A DNA stretch of 61,022 nt from an uncultured Candidatus Saccharibacteria bacterium (GCA_964486155.1 CAZAKQ010000003.1:1-61022); one strand, 5' to 3'; positions 33,870 to 44,148 are shown, counted from the stretch's first letter. A program made the numbers and translations. The notes: generated by a model not told the origin, from the sequence alone.

Positions 33870-34298
33870 ATGAAAATCTTACTTATTTTTATACAAAGAA
33901 CTTCACCCTTAATACTTGAAGCATTGGAAAAAATGCAGGAAAAAGCATCTTCCATTGGTGTTAATACAGGTGAATCAACAATCACCGTCTCAAACAAAAA
34001 CTTAGGTAGTTATAAACTGACCCTATCATTAACAAACAACACCCAAGTTAGAGTTAATGTTCCTGGAAAAAGTGATGTAAATTTTGCTGGTGTTGCCGCT
34101 TTAAAATCAGTTCAAATGCAACGCACGAAAAAACCCAGTGGTAAAGATGATGGGTTTATTGGAGAAATACCGTATAAAGGAGGTTTATGTTTCAACAAAG
34201 ACGGATATTCTGTACAAGTGTCTTACAGCGGGGGAACTCAGAATGAAGATGTGGAAATTGCAAAAGTCGGAATTAGTGAAATGATGTTTTTAGTATAA
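33870..34298 (+). CDS. Hypothetical protein, weakly GlcG/DUF336-like
   Basis: The ORF is 142 aa. The C-terminal GGLCFNKDGYSVQVSYSGGTQNEDVEIAKVGI resembles the GlcG/HbpS motif. The SD is aaaggag. Confidence 0.4.
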   Translation: MKILLIFIQRTSPLILEALEKMQEKASSIGVNTGESTITVSNKNLGSYKLTLSLTNNTQVRVNVPGKSDVNFAGVAALKSVQMQRTKKPSGKDDGFIGEIPYKGGLCFNKDGYSVQVSYSGGTQNEDVEIAKVGISEMMFLV

Positions 34299-34494
34299 TT
34301 TATTATTTCAAAACATAGCCAATAAATCACTTAATGAAAAATCGCTCAGCGACTTTATCGTTAAGTGGTTTTTCTATTCCCTACCTAACAAACAAAAGAT
34401 AAAGATTTTATTACAAAACTTATATAAGTTTATATGTTTATAGTAGATAAAAACAAATGTATAAATTTTTACAATAAAAAATAAGGAGAGTAAA

Positions 34495-34527
34495 ATGTGT
34501 GAAGAACATCCATTTTCACATCATTAG
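34495..34527 (+). CDS. 10-codon mini-ORF MCEEHPFSHH with a strong SD, overlapped at its stop by a terminator
   Basis: The SD taaggagag lies 5 nt upstream. The stop TAG is the first 3 nt of the hairpin tagtagcaat-ccg-attgctacta, which is followed by a T-run (34525-34552). Confidence 0.3.
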   Translation: MCEEHPFSHH

Positions 34528-34598
34528 TAGCAATCCGATTGCTACTATTTTTCGGAATTAAGGTATAGACATTGGGTGTCTGTGCCTGTAATTTTACG

Positions 34599-36233
34599 TT
34601 ATTTTCTTAATTTTTGTTCTATTGAATATAAAATAGAATTTATTTCTTCATTCTTTAATAGTTTAAGAGTAATGAACCAAGCAATAATTCCCATTACTCC
34701 AGATAATAAACCTTGTAAGAAAATTCCTACTAAAGTATTTATGTTAAAAATGTCATCCCAAATTTTTAGTGAGAAATAAGCTATTATCCCCATTATTAAA
34801 GAAGCTACACAAATCTGAAAAAAAGATCTTGATAAATCTTTTAATAAATATTGAAAATCTTTTTGGATGAAGAAATAAAGTAAAAACATATTTAATATAA
34901 CAGCGATAGCAAAACTAAGGGGCAAAATAATTACTTGAATATCAGAAATATCTTCTATCTTTAATAAATAACCTAAACCTGTTAACAAAATAGGGGTAGT
35001 TGTAAAAATCCATTTAAACAAAAAAACTAAAATAACAGTAAAAATAGAAGAAAAAATATTTATCAATACAGGTCTTTTAGTTATCCCAGCTGCATAATAA
35101 CCTCGTATAAAAAACAAAACTAGAGATTGAGCTGGAATAGAAATAGCAAAAATTGCTAAACAAGCAGCAGTCAAACGAGTATCTATCCAAGTAAATTCCC
35201 CTGAACCTAAAACCGTTCTTACAATCTGAGCCCTCAAAACAAACAGCAATACCATAGCAAAAATAGTCCAAAATAAAATATGTCTAGCCGTTATTCCTAT
35301 TTGTCGCATAAATTCACTTTTTTTATTTATTGATATTTTAGACAATAAAGGAAAAGCTGCTGTAGTATAACTTACTCCAATTATGGTTAATGGAATAGAC
35401 TGTAAAGCAAAAGCAAAATTAAAAATGGCAATAGACCCTTCTTTTAAATAAGAAGCTATTGAAAATAATATTAAAACAGCTATACTACTTGAAGAAACAG
35501 CTAAGGTTCTAGGTAAAGATAATTTAACTATATCTTTTATTTTATTTATGTTTATCTTATGAGTAAATTGGGGGATAAAGTTTAATCTATAAATAGAAGG
35601 TAATTGTATTATTAAATGCAAGAAAGCTCCTGTAATAACCCCTACGGCTAGCCCAGAAATCCCCCACAAAGGATAATAAAACAATATTCCGATAATAATA
35701 CCTATATTATATAGAAGTGGACTTAAAGCATAAACATAAAATTTATTTTTAGTTTGAATAATACTAGTAAAGAAATTAGATAGTCCTAAAAGAATCGGAG
35801 ACAAGAGCATTATTCTAGAAAGATTTATAACTTGATTTGAAGTATCTGTTCCAAAACCACTAAAAATAATAGGGATTATTTTGGGTATAAGAAAAAAAGC
35901 TATAACTGAAACAAATAAAATTAAAACCAAAAAGACAGAAAAAATCTCACTCATTAAGTTTTTAGCCTCTTCGTCATTTTTTTCTTTTGATAAGATAGGA
36001 ATTAAAACAGAAACTGAAACAATTGAAGCTACTATAATAAAAATAAAATCAGGAATTCTGAAAGCAGAATAGTAAATATCTAAAGTTTCTCCGGCACCAA
36101 ATGTATGAGCCAAAATCCGATCTCTTAACAAAGCCAATAATTGAGATAAAAAAGCAGAAAAACCTAAAATATAAGCGGCCTTATGCAGACCGCTTATATC
36201 TTTGTCTAAGAAATTAAATACTCGTTTTATCAT
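34599..36233 (-). CDS. murJ: Lipid II flippase MurJ
   Basis: The ORF is a 544-aa polytopic MOP-superfamily protein. Its N-terminus AAYILGFSAFLSQLLALLRDRILAHTFGAG is typical of MurJ. Confidence 0.88.
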   Translation of the reverse strand: MIKRVFNFLDKDISGLHKAAYILGFSAFLSQLLALLRDRILAHTFGAGETLDIYYSAFRIPDFIFIIVASIVSVSVLIPILSKEKNDEEAKNLMSEIFSVFLVLILFVSVIAFFLIPKIIPIIFSGFGTDTSNQVINLSRIMLLSPILLGLSNFFTSIIQTKNKFYVYALSPLLYNIGIIIGILFYYPLWGISGLAVGVITGAFLHLIIQLPSIYRLNFIPQFTHKININKIKDIVKLSLPRTLAVSSSSIAVLILFSIASYLKEGSIAIFNFAFALQSIPLTIIGVSYTTAAFPLLSKISINKKSEFMRQIGITARHILFWTIFAMVLLFVLRAQIVRTVLGSGEFTWIDTRLTAACLAIFAISIPAQSLVLFFIRGYYAAGITKRPVLINIFSSIFTVILVFLFKWIFTTTPILLTGLGYLLKIEDISDIQVIILPLSFAIAVILNMFLLYFFIQKDFQYLLKDLSRSFFQICVASLIMGIIAYFSLKIWDDIFNINTLVGIFLQGLLSGVMGIIAWFITLKLLKNEEINSILYSIEQKLRK

Positions 36234-36324
36234 ATTTTAGAAATTAGAAATTAGATTTTAGGTAATTAGAAACAAATTTTGTAGAACAAAATTTATTTGT
36301 TTTAATATTCTAGTGTTCTTGTGC

Positions 36325-36342
36325 CTGCCTACCGATAGGCAG
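36325..36342. repeat. G+C-rich hairpin, family 2 (ctgccta-ccga-taggcag)
   Basis: It has a perfect 7-bp stem and a CCGA loop. It lies 5 nt beyond the stop of the O-antigen-ligase-like gene. Confidence 0.75.
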
Positions 36343-36346
36343 ATTT

Positions 36347-38761
36347 TTATGATTCTAGTTCTTCTTCAGTAGTTTCTTCTCCATCTTCAGCTTCTTCTTC
36401 GTTTTCACTTTCTTCTTCTACCTCTTCTTCTATTGGAGTAGGAAGAGTTTGTTGTTGGAATCCAGCAAAAGGATTTCTTCCTTCTTTTATATTTTCTAAA
36501 ATTTTATCTATATTTGTATCGTTAGGGTTTAAAATTTTTAAATCTTGGAATTGACCTATAGCTTTATCTCGTTGACCAATTTCATTATAAGTTAAAGCTA
36601 ATAAATATTTAGCATCTGAATAATAAGGACTTAATACAACTGCTCTCTCTAGAAAAGCTTGAGCTTTTTTATAATCTCGTTCTTCATAATTTAAAGCCCC
36701 TAACTGAAGGAACACCTGAGGATCATTTGGAGAAACTGAAGCTAGTGCTTCAATTATTTGTATTGCTTGTTCTTTATTACCAGCATTCAGTTCTAATTGG
36801 GATAACAAGTAATAAGCATTTGAATAATTTTGTTTCATTTGAATTGAAATTCCAATATACTCCTTAGCTTTTTCTAAATCTCCTTTAGTAATTTCTAAAT
36901 TAGCTAAATTCAGAACTAATAACGGACTCTTTGGATTTAAACGAATAGCTTGAGAATAAGCTTGGAAAGCCTTATCATAAGCTCCTTCTATTTGTAAAGG
37001 AGCTACAGCTCCGTAAACTTTAGCTAAAGAATTCCAATTTTGATAATTACTTTGATCTAACAAAATAGCTTGTTGAGCACTTCCTATAGTAGCCGAAAAA
37101 ATCGCTTGAAATTGTTCTTGTAACTGTTCTTGACTAACATCTTTTTGATTAAACACATTTTGCAATTGTATTAGATTTAAATCAGTCAAATTTCTAAAAT
37201 AAAGATCATTTGGATAAACAGTAGCAGCTTTAACTAATGAATTGTATCCTTTATTAAAATCCTGATCTATATTAATAGCTTTTGAAGCTTGATTAAATTG
37301 AATTGAAGCATAAACTTTTTTAGAAAATAAAAATGTTCCAAAAGCAGTAGTTCCTAAAATAACTACCATTAAAATAATAAATACTATTAATCTTGGTTTT
37401 GATTGATTAAAAGAAATCCTTCTCACTTTTATTAAGTTTTCTTTTTTTAAGAAAGCTATTAAAATTCCTAAAATTGAGAATGTTAGGCCTAAAATAACTA
37501 TCCCTGGAACATAAAAAATGAAAAATAAAATTAAATACAAACTCAGGCTAAATAAAGACAATATAACGAAATGATCAAGTTTGTTATAATAAGAGGATTT
37601 TATTAATTTAAATCCAAGATAAAGAATTGATCCAATAAACAACAACCATGCTAAGAAACCTACTGAACCTACTGTTGCTAGCGAAGACAATATAAAACCT
37701 GCTCCTGAATTAAAATCAGTATTCCAAAATTGAGTAAGAGCTATTTCTTGAGGTTTATGTAAAATCCATTGATTAATAAATTTACTTGGTCCTGCTCCTA
37801 GAATTAAATCTGTGCCTAAAGTAGATTTACCTATATCTAATGTACTTGAAATTGTAGGGCGTACTTCTATATTAGAAATACCAAAAGTTTGGGGTAAAAA
37901 TCCTGTTATTTGCCCTGGTAACAATATAAATAATAAAGTTATTATAAAAACATAGGAAGAAGGATTTTTATATAATTTTTTGAAGTTAAATCCATTTTCA
38001 GTTTTATTTAAGAAAAAATTATAAATAACTAAAAACAAAGAAATTAACATTAAAAATATCCAAACTAAATTAAAATTAATTAATGAAATAAATAATAAAG
38101 ATATTATTAATAATACCAAGCTAGTAATTTTAATAATTTTATTTTTATTTAAATATTCATTAGCTATTAATGTAATAATTACAATCAATCCCAAAAAAAC
38201 TCCTAATTCATTCCAAGTTCCAACCAAATTAGAAATATTAGAGTTTAAAAGCCCTAAAGATAAAAAATTTGGCCCTAAAAATAATCTTAACAAATGCACC
38301 AACATCATCAGGAAGGCTGATAAAATTAAACTTATATAAAAGAAAAATACCTTTCTCCTAGAGTTAAAAGATTTAGCCGTAAAAAACAACAACATAAACA
38401 AGGCTAGGATCATAGCAAAAGAACTTGTTTCAAATCCATAACCAATTAATCCCGCCATTTTAGACCCTGAAAAAAAAGCTGATAGTAAATAAGTCAAAGG
38501 AATTAAATAAGCGGATATTACTAAAAGATTTTTAGAAACAAAAAAATCTCTATTTTTAATTCTATCAATTATCCACATTAAAAATAATAAAATTACTCCT
38601 AAGAACAAAATTATATTTTTACTTGCCACGAAGGAAATTAAATTTACAGGAATAATAAAAATAGGCAAAAGAAAAGCCATGGCTATTCCAATTATAAGTG
38701 AAATTTTATTCATAAAAAATCCTTGCTTATCTATATCTATAGTTGTGTTTGATGTATCCAT
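36347..38761 (-). CDS. O-antigen ligase (Wzy_C)-like polytopic membrane protein with C-terminal TPR repeats and an acidic tail
   Basis: The ORF is 804 aa. It has ~12 TM helices, then TPR-like repeats (AYYLLSQLELNAGNKEQA...), and ends EEEVEEESENEEEAEDGEETTEEELES. Confidence 0.75.
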   Translation of the reverse strand: MDTSNTTIDIDKQGFFMNKISLIIGIAMAFLLPIFIIPVNLISFVASKNIILFLGVILLFLMWIIDRIKNRDFFVSKNLLVISAYLIPLTYLLSAFFSGSKMAGLIGYGFETSSFAMILALFMLLFFTAKSFNSRRKVFFFYISLILSAFLMMLVHLLRLFLGPNFLSLGLLNSNISNLVGTWNELGVFLGLIVIITLIANEYLNKNKIIKITSLVLLIISLLFISLINFNLVWIFLMLISLFLVIYNFFLNKTENGFNFKKLYKNPSSYVFIITLLFILLPGQITGFLPQTFGISNIEVRPTISSTLDIGKSTLGTDLILGAGPSKFINQWILHKPQEIALTQFWNTDFNSGAGFILSSLATVGSVGFLAWLLFIGSILYLGFKLIKSSYYNKLDHFVILSLFSLSLYLILFFIFYVPGIVILGLTFSILGILIAFLKKENLIKVRRISFNQSKPRLIVFIILMVVILGTTAFGTFLFSKKVYASIQFNQASKAINIDQDFNKGYNSLVKAATVYPNDLYFRNLTDLNLIQLQNVFNQKDVSQEQLQEQFQAIFSATIGSAQQAILLDQSNYQNWNSLAKVYGAVAPLQIEGAYDKAFQAYSQAIRLNPKSPLLVLNLANLEITKGDLEKAKEYIGISIQMKQNYSNAYYLLSQLELNAGNKEQAIQIIEALASVSPNDPQVFLQLGALNYEERDYKKAQAFLERAVVLSPYYSDAKYLLALTYNEIGQRDKAIGQFQDLKILNPNDTNIDKILENIKEGRNPFAGFQQQTLPTPIEEEVEEESENEEEAEDGEETTEEELES

Positions 38762-39005
38762 AATTATATTTAGTCAAAAGTTTATAAAAAAATAAAAAAA
38801 ATTTACTCTATATTTTTTAAATCATACCTATTAAACTTTCAACTTATCGTTATTAATGTTAATAATAATTTATTATATATATTATACACTTTTTTATATA
38901 CAAGTAACAATAAACAACCTGTGAATAAGTTAATATTTTTTAAATAAACTAAAAATAGCTTACTAAAAATAATCTTCAGTAAATAATTTTAACTTTTTAT
39001 GAATA

Positions 39006-40079
39006 TTAAATTATTTCTTCTTTAATCACTCCCTCCAACTCTTTAAGTAAGGAATTAACCATTTCTTGCAAATCATTAATTTGTTGTTCTATTGAAGTAA
39101 TTAGTTTTTGTTTATCTATTGAAAAGGATTGATTTACTTCTTCATTCTGTACTGAATTAAGTTGATTAAGTTGTTCTCTTGTCTTAGGCCCTACTATTCC
39201 ATAACCTGTAGTAGTTGGTGTTCCTTCACATACAATATTGTATTTACATTGGAAAGCTTTAACTGCGGTTTCTGTTACTGTTCCATAATAACCTGTATCC
39301 CATGGATGTTTAAATAGATTTAAAGTTCTTAATAATTTTTGTAATTTTAAAGTTTCGTTGTTGGTTTGTCCTTTGTTTAGATTATTTGTGAAAGTGTAAA
39401 TTAATTGTTGATTAACTAGATCACTTTGCTCTTCACGAAGACTAGAAGAAACCGGCAAAATTTTACTTTGTTCATCTTCATCATGATAAACTACTGTTCC
39501 ATCTGCATAGATTGTTTGCATTCTTGATATTAGATGTTTTGGAGTTGGGATAGTTCCTGTAAATATTCCTCCTTGATCTATTAATACACAAATAGCGTCA
39601 GCCCCTGAACCAGAAACTAAATATCCAGAGCTACAAGTAGCCGAACCACAAGTAGGAAATGAATTATATGTACTAGTATGATCAATCAATGTGCAAAGAT
39701 CCGTGCAATCTGTAGTAGCAGAAGGTCTAATAGTATATATTCCTGAATCAGCAGGTAAAGTAGCATAACTTGTACCTGCTGTAATATTTTCTGAACAAGC
39801 CACTACAGATCCATCTTTAGAAATTTGCATTGATTTAACTGTGCTGTCTGAGGAACCGACTTTAAAATCTGAAGCTGGATTAGTTACTGTAAATACACCA
39901 ACATCAAATGAAATTTCTTCTGATGTAGACCCATTAAAGATAATCATATCAGCTATAGTTTGACCAAAAGTTACATCTGCAATAGTCATGTCTGAACCAG
40001 CCACAAAATCATTTGTGGCAGACATGACAAACAAAGGAAATAAAAATATTGTTAAAATTGTTGATTTAAAAAATTTCAT
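39006..40079 (-). CDS. Secreted protein with a peptidoglycan-binding (PG_binding_1-like) domain and a C-terminal coiled coil
   Basis: It has a signal peptide. The segment LKLQKLLRTLNLF...GYYGTVTETAVKAFQ...GIVGPKTREQL matches the PGBD pattern. Confidence 0.6.
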   Translation of the reverse strand: MKFFKSTILTIFLFPLFVMSATNDFVAGSDMTIADVTFGQTIADMIIFNGSTSEEISFDVGVFTVTNPASDFKVGSSDSTVKSMQISKDGSVVACSENITAGTSYATLPADSGIYTIRPSATTDCTDLCTLIDHTSTYNSFPTCGSATCSSGYLVSGSGADAICVLIDQGGIFTGTIPTPKHLISRMQTIYADGTVVYHDEDEQSKILPVSSSLREEQSDLVNQQLIYTFTNNLNKGQTNNETLKLQKLLRTLNLFKHPWDTGYYGTVTETAVKAFQCKYNIVCEGTPTTTGYGIVGPKTREQLNQLNSVQNEEVNQSFSIDKQKLITSIEQQINDLQEMVNSLLKELEGVIKEEII

Positions 40080-40130
40080 ATTTTATTTTTAATTTAATTT
40101 TTTAACAAAAAATTAAACTTTTAGTTATTT

Positions 40131-41543
40131 CTAAAAACAAGCCGTTGTAGGTGCATGTAATTGCATATCCACTCCAGCTCCATTACAAAAACAATAATAA
40201 TCAGAAGTGTCATTATAAAAAAGAACACCTTCAGGAAAATCTGAACCACAAGGATCTGCAGTGACTTGGTCTGCTCGAATTCCTCCATCAACATCTAGTT
40301 TAGTCGCTGGAGAAGTTGTTCCTATTCCTATGTTTCCTTTAAAATAATTATCTCCACTTCCTGATGAATAGATACTCCCTGATGTTTTTATTTGAGTAAC
40401 ATTTGAATTTCCTAACATAACTTGATTAGAAATATCAGGTTCAGCATCGTATCCTATAGCTGTTGAGTTTGAATAAACAAATTGAGGAGTTAATGTAAAA
40501 ATTCCTGTTCCTTCATCTGTTATTTGTTCTTTTATATATTGGAGAGTATTAACGTCAATTATTTTCCAATATTCAGTATTAGAATTTAATCCTGACGGTA
40601 AAGAACCAGTCGAAGTTGGTTTTAAATTTATATAAGTATTATTAGCTCCAAATCCATGATCAGTGATAGTTACTTGATTTAAAACAGGAGTTACTGTTTC
40701 TACATCTTTTGCGTTAACTGTATCTTCTACAAAAGAAGTAAAAGCCAAACTTCCAATAGCAGTATTATAATTGCCATCATTATTTTGTCCTGCATAATGC
40801 CCTACTACAGTTTGATAAAGTCCTGTATTGAAATAACCGGAGTAAACTCCCAAAGCAACTTGAGAACCTCCAGCATTTGAACGACCTGCAAAATAACCTA
40901 CAGCAACTTGATTTTCTTCCAAATTATATGAACCAGCATTAACTCCAATAGTTGTTTGTTTATCCCCTATATTTTTATAAGCAGCATGATGGCCTATTGC
41001 AGTTTGATTATTTCCTATATTTTCTTGTCCTGCATTAAGACCAACAACAGTTTGAAAAGTTCCTATATTTTGATAACCTGCGTAAGAACCTATAGCTGTT
41101 TGATAATCCTGCGTATTTTGATATCCAGCAGATTCTCCGATTGATGTTGAATAATCTGTATCTGTTCCTGCATTTTTACCTAATTTTGTAGAATAACTAG
41201 AAGTCCATAATTTTATAAAATCCTCTCCTCCAAATTTAATCACTTGATCATTAGGAATATTTATAGAACCATTTATGTCTAATTTATAATTTGGTGTTGT
41301 AGTTCCAACCCCAATCCTCCCATTAACAGAATCAACATAAAAAGTATCAGTGTCTACAGTTAAATCAGTTGATATTGTAGTAGTAGCTAAAGTTGAAGCT
41401 CCTGTCACAGTCAATGTTCCTTCAGTATTAATATTTTCATTAATTGTTGTGGCTGCTGTTACTAACGTAAATACAAACAGAAATGTAATAGTTATTGAGA
41501 GTAAAATAGACAGAGGACCTTTATTGTGATTGATTTTTTTCAT
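40131..41543 (-). CDS. Secreted fibre/adhesin-like repeat protein, paralog A
   Basis: The ORF is 470 aa. It has an N-terminal anchor, repeated Q(T/V)A(I/V)G..AG..N(I/T)G units and the GNIGIGTTSPATKLDVDG motif common in tail-fibre-domain proteins. Confidence 0.7.
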   Translation of the reverse strand: MKKINHNKGPLSILLSITITFLFVFTLVTAATTINENINTEGTLTVTGASTLATTTISTDLTVDTDTFYVDSVNGRIGVGTTTPNYKLDINGSINIPNDQVIKFGGEDFIKLWTSSYSTKLGKNAGTDTDYSTSIGESAGYQNTQDYQTAIGSYAGYQNIGTFQTVVGLNAGQENIGNNQTAIGHHAAYKNIGDKQTTIGVNAGSYNLEENQVAVGYFAGRSNAGGSQVALGVYSGYFNTGLYQTVVGHYAGQNNDGNYNTAIGSLAFTSFVEDTVNAKDVETVTPVLNQVTITDHGFGANNTYINLKPTSTGSLPSGLNSNTEYWKIIDVNTLQYIKEQITDEGTGIFTLTPQFVYSNSTAIGYDAEPDISNQVMLGNSNVTQIKTSGSIYSSGSGDNYFKGNIGIGTTSPATKLDVDGGIRADQVTADPCGSDFPEGVLFYNDTSDYYCFCNGAGVDMQLHAPTTACF

Positions 41544-41581
41544 TTTTTTAATGTTTATATTTTTAAAGATAATTTATTGAT

Positions 41582-42805
41582 TTAATTATCTAATCTTACC
41601 CAACCACTACTTTTACATCCCCAAAAACTATCATTATCTTCATTGTAAAACATTGAGCCTCTTAACAATGATGAACAGGTTGTAGAAGCTGTTTGATGAA
41701 CCTTAACTAATCCATCAACATCTAGTTTAGTCGCTGGAGAAGTTGTTCCTATTCCTATGTTTCCACTACTAATAGTTGTTCCTGTACCATCAACTGCTGT
41801 TCCAAAAATTAGATTACCAATAGTCATCGTTTCAGAATTAATTGCTGTAGGAGAATCGATATCATATCCTATAACTATATTCGCGCTTCCTGTAGTTAAA
41901 TTATCACCGGCTTGATAGCCAAATAATATATTGTTATCTGCCCCAGTTAGAATTCCATAACCCGCCTTATATCCCATTATTAAATTATTCGATACATCTG
42001 ATGCGCCAACCATTCCATAACCTGCTTGAAATCCAAAAATAGTATTATTATGACCATACCTATTGTAATATAAAGTATGATCTCCAAGAGCAGTGTTATA
42101 ATTACCTGTCACATTTCTTCCTAATGCATAATGTGGTCCTATTGCAGTATTATAAGTACCAGTAGTATTAAAACGTAAGGCATATGATCCTAAAGCCAAA
42201 TTATAACTACTTGTAGTACTATCACGCAAAGCGTTATAACCTAAAACAGTATTATATGAGCCTTCTATATTACTACGTAAAGCACTAACACCAACAGCTG
42301 TATTTAACCCACCAGTAGTATTTGCACTCATAGCTCCTTGTCCAATAGCAGCATTAGCAACACCAGTAGTATTAGCAACTAAAACACCTGATCCGATTGC
42401 AGTGTTATAAGCACCTGTAGTTAAACCAGCTAAAGTATTTTCACCCAAAGCTACATTATAACTAGAATTATCACCACTGGAATGTGTCATTAAAAAGTTC
42501 CCAGAATTTTTTCCTATAAATACATTAGCTCCTGTTCCTTCAAAAGGAAGATAATCGTGAATAAATTTATTTCCATTTTTATAAATTACACCTATTGATG
42601 AACCTGTTGTTGTCTCTAATTCTAAACTTGTTGATATTGTAGTAGTAGCTAAAGTAGAAGTTCCTGTCACAGTCAATGTTCCTTCAGTATTAATATTTTC
42701 ATTAATTGTTGTGGCTGCTGTTACTAACGTAAATACAAACAGAAATGTAATAGTTATTGAGAGTAAAATAGACAGAGGACCTTTATTGTGATTGATTTTT
42801 TTCAT
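41582..42805 (-). CDS. Secreted fibre/adhesin-like repeat protein, paralog B
   Basis: The ORF is 407 aa. It has YadA-head-like repeats (NTAIG..AL..NTTG). Its N-terminal region and the GNIGIGTTSPATKLDVDG block match paralog A. Confidence 0.7.
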   Translation of the reverse strand: MKKINHNKGPLSILLSITITFLFVFTLVTAATTINENINTEGTLTVTGTSTLATTTISTSLELETTTGSSIGVIYKNGNKFIHDYLPFEGTGANVFIGKNSGNFLMTHSSGDNSSYNVALGENTLAGLTTGAYNTAIGSGVLVANTTGVANAAIGQGAMSANTTGGLNTAVGVSALRSNIEGSYNTVLGYNALRDSTTSSYNLALGSYALRFNTTGTYNTAIGPHYALGRNVTGNYNTALGDHTLYYNRYGHNNTIFGFQAGYGMVGASDVSNNLIMGYKAGYGILTGADNNILFGYQAGDNLTTGSANIVIGYDIDSPTAINSETMTIGNLIFGTAVDGTGTTISSGNIGIGTTSPATKLDVDGLVKVHQTASTTCSSLLRGSMFYNEDNDSFWGCKSSGWVRLDN

Positions 42806-42820
42806 TTTTTTAATGTTTAA

Positions 42821-42905
42821 AGTTATTAATTTTTTATGTTCTTTGTTTTTTAAACTTAATCCTAGGTCTGACCTCGGCTAAGTAGAGTTATTAATTTTTT
42901 ATGTT
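42821..42905. repeat. 20-bp perfect direct repeat flanking a 45-bp G+C-richer insert
   Basis: agttattaattttttatgtt occurs at 42821-42840 and 42886-42905. The insert contains cctaggtctgacctcggcta. Confidence 0.8.
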
Positions 42906-43092
42906 TTTTTAAATTAATTATGAACTGCTTCATCAAGATTTTTTATTTAAAAAAATAAAAAATCTTTCTTTCTCGCGAAGATTATATTTTTTCTCTTTTC
43001 TTAGATTATACTATTATACCATATCTCAGCTATAATATATTATTTTATTTGATAACTTTTTTAATCATTTCGTAGAGTGAATTTTTTAATTT

Positions 43093-44148
43093 CTATCCAA
43101 TTAAAGCAACTACCATTCCTAAAATGGCAAAAATAATACTAATGACCCAATAACGCATTACTACTTTATAACTTGGCCAACCTAAAGCTTCAAAATGATG
43201 ATGAATAGGAGCCACTAAAAATATTTTTTTACCTCTAATTTTTTTTGAAGCTACTTGAATTATATTTCCTAAAACAGTTGCAAAAAGAGGAAAAGCTATA
43301 ATAGGTAAAACTAAAACTTGTCCTGTTAAAAAAGCCACAACCGTTAAAGTTACAGTTAATCCTAAAATACCTGTTTCCGACATATAAAAACGAGCAGGTG
43401 GAATATTAAACCATAGGAAAGCTAAAATACCTCCAACAATAACTGCACAGAAAGCAGCCAAATCTATTTGATTCTGAAAAAAAGCAATACCAGTATAAGC
43501 TGAAAAAATAGTAGCCATTACACCCCCGGATAAACCATCAATTCCATCAATTACTCCGCTAGCAAAGAGCGAAAGCATCACTAGCATAAAAATTGGAATA
43601 AAGAACAATCCTAGATGCCATTCTCCAACAAACGGAATCAAAATAGAAAATACTTCTAACTTAAAATAAAACCAGATAGCTCCAACAAAAGCAATCCATA
43701 ATATTATTAAGATTCTTGTTCTTAAAGATAAACCTCCTGCTATATATTTACCTTTTTTAGAAACTACCAAAATATCATCAAATAAACCTACTAAAGACCC
43801 TGCAACTAATGTAAATAAAGGAAGCCAAGTCTGACCCCTACTCATAAAATCCATTTTTTGAGTAAAATCAGTTGGGAAAAGCCAAGATACAAACCAAAAA
43901 ATAAAAATTGTTATTAAAACACTTCCCCAAATTACAATGCCTCCCATCCTAGGAGTTCCTATTTCTTTCTTTTTATGTAATTTGTTGAAAATTGGAGTTC
44001 CTCCTCCCCCTAAACCAACAGGATTTCCATTAGTTTTTTTCCACATCTTATACTTATATAGATAATGAGTTATAAGAGGAGCAATAGCTAAACCAACAAA
44101 AAAAGAAATTGTCCAAGGTATAAATATTTTTACTATATCTAAAGTCAT
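43093..44148 (-). CDS. mraY: Phospho-N-acetylmuramoyl-pentapeptide transferase
   Basis: The ORF is a 351-aa polytopic protein. It has GTPRMGG, DDxxxV and PIHHHFE motifs. Confidence 0.9.
   Translation of the reverse strand: MTLDIVKIFIPWTISFFVGLAIAPLITHYLYKYKMWKKTNGNPVGLGGGGTPIFNKLHKKKEIGTPRMGGIVIWGSVLITIFIFWFVSWLFPTDFTQKMDFMSRGQTWLPLFTLVAGSLVGLFDDILVVSKKGKYIAGGLSLRTRILIILWIAFVGAIWFYFKLEVFSILIPFVGEWHLGLFFIPIFMLVMLSLFASGVIDGIDGLSGGVMATIFSAYTGIAFFQNQIDLAAFCAVIVGGILAFLWFNIPPARFYMSETGILGLTVTLTVVAFLTGQVLVLPIIAFPLFATVLGNIIQVASKKIRGKKIFLVAPIHHHFEALGWPSYKVVMRYWVISIIFAILGMVVALIG

Noticed and set aside
39006-42805. Prophage tail-fibre module or DGR target
   Set aside because: No other phage structural genes and no reverse transcriptase are in the window. 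The shared blocks between the paralogs are identical rather than differing at adenines, so there is no TR/VR signature.
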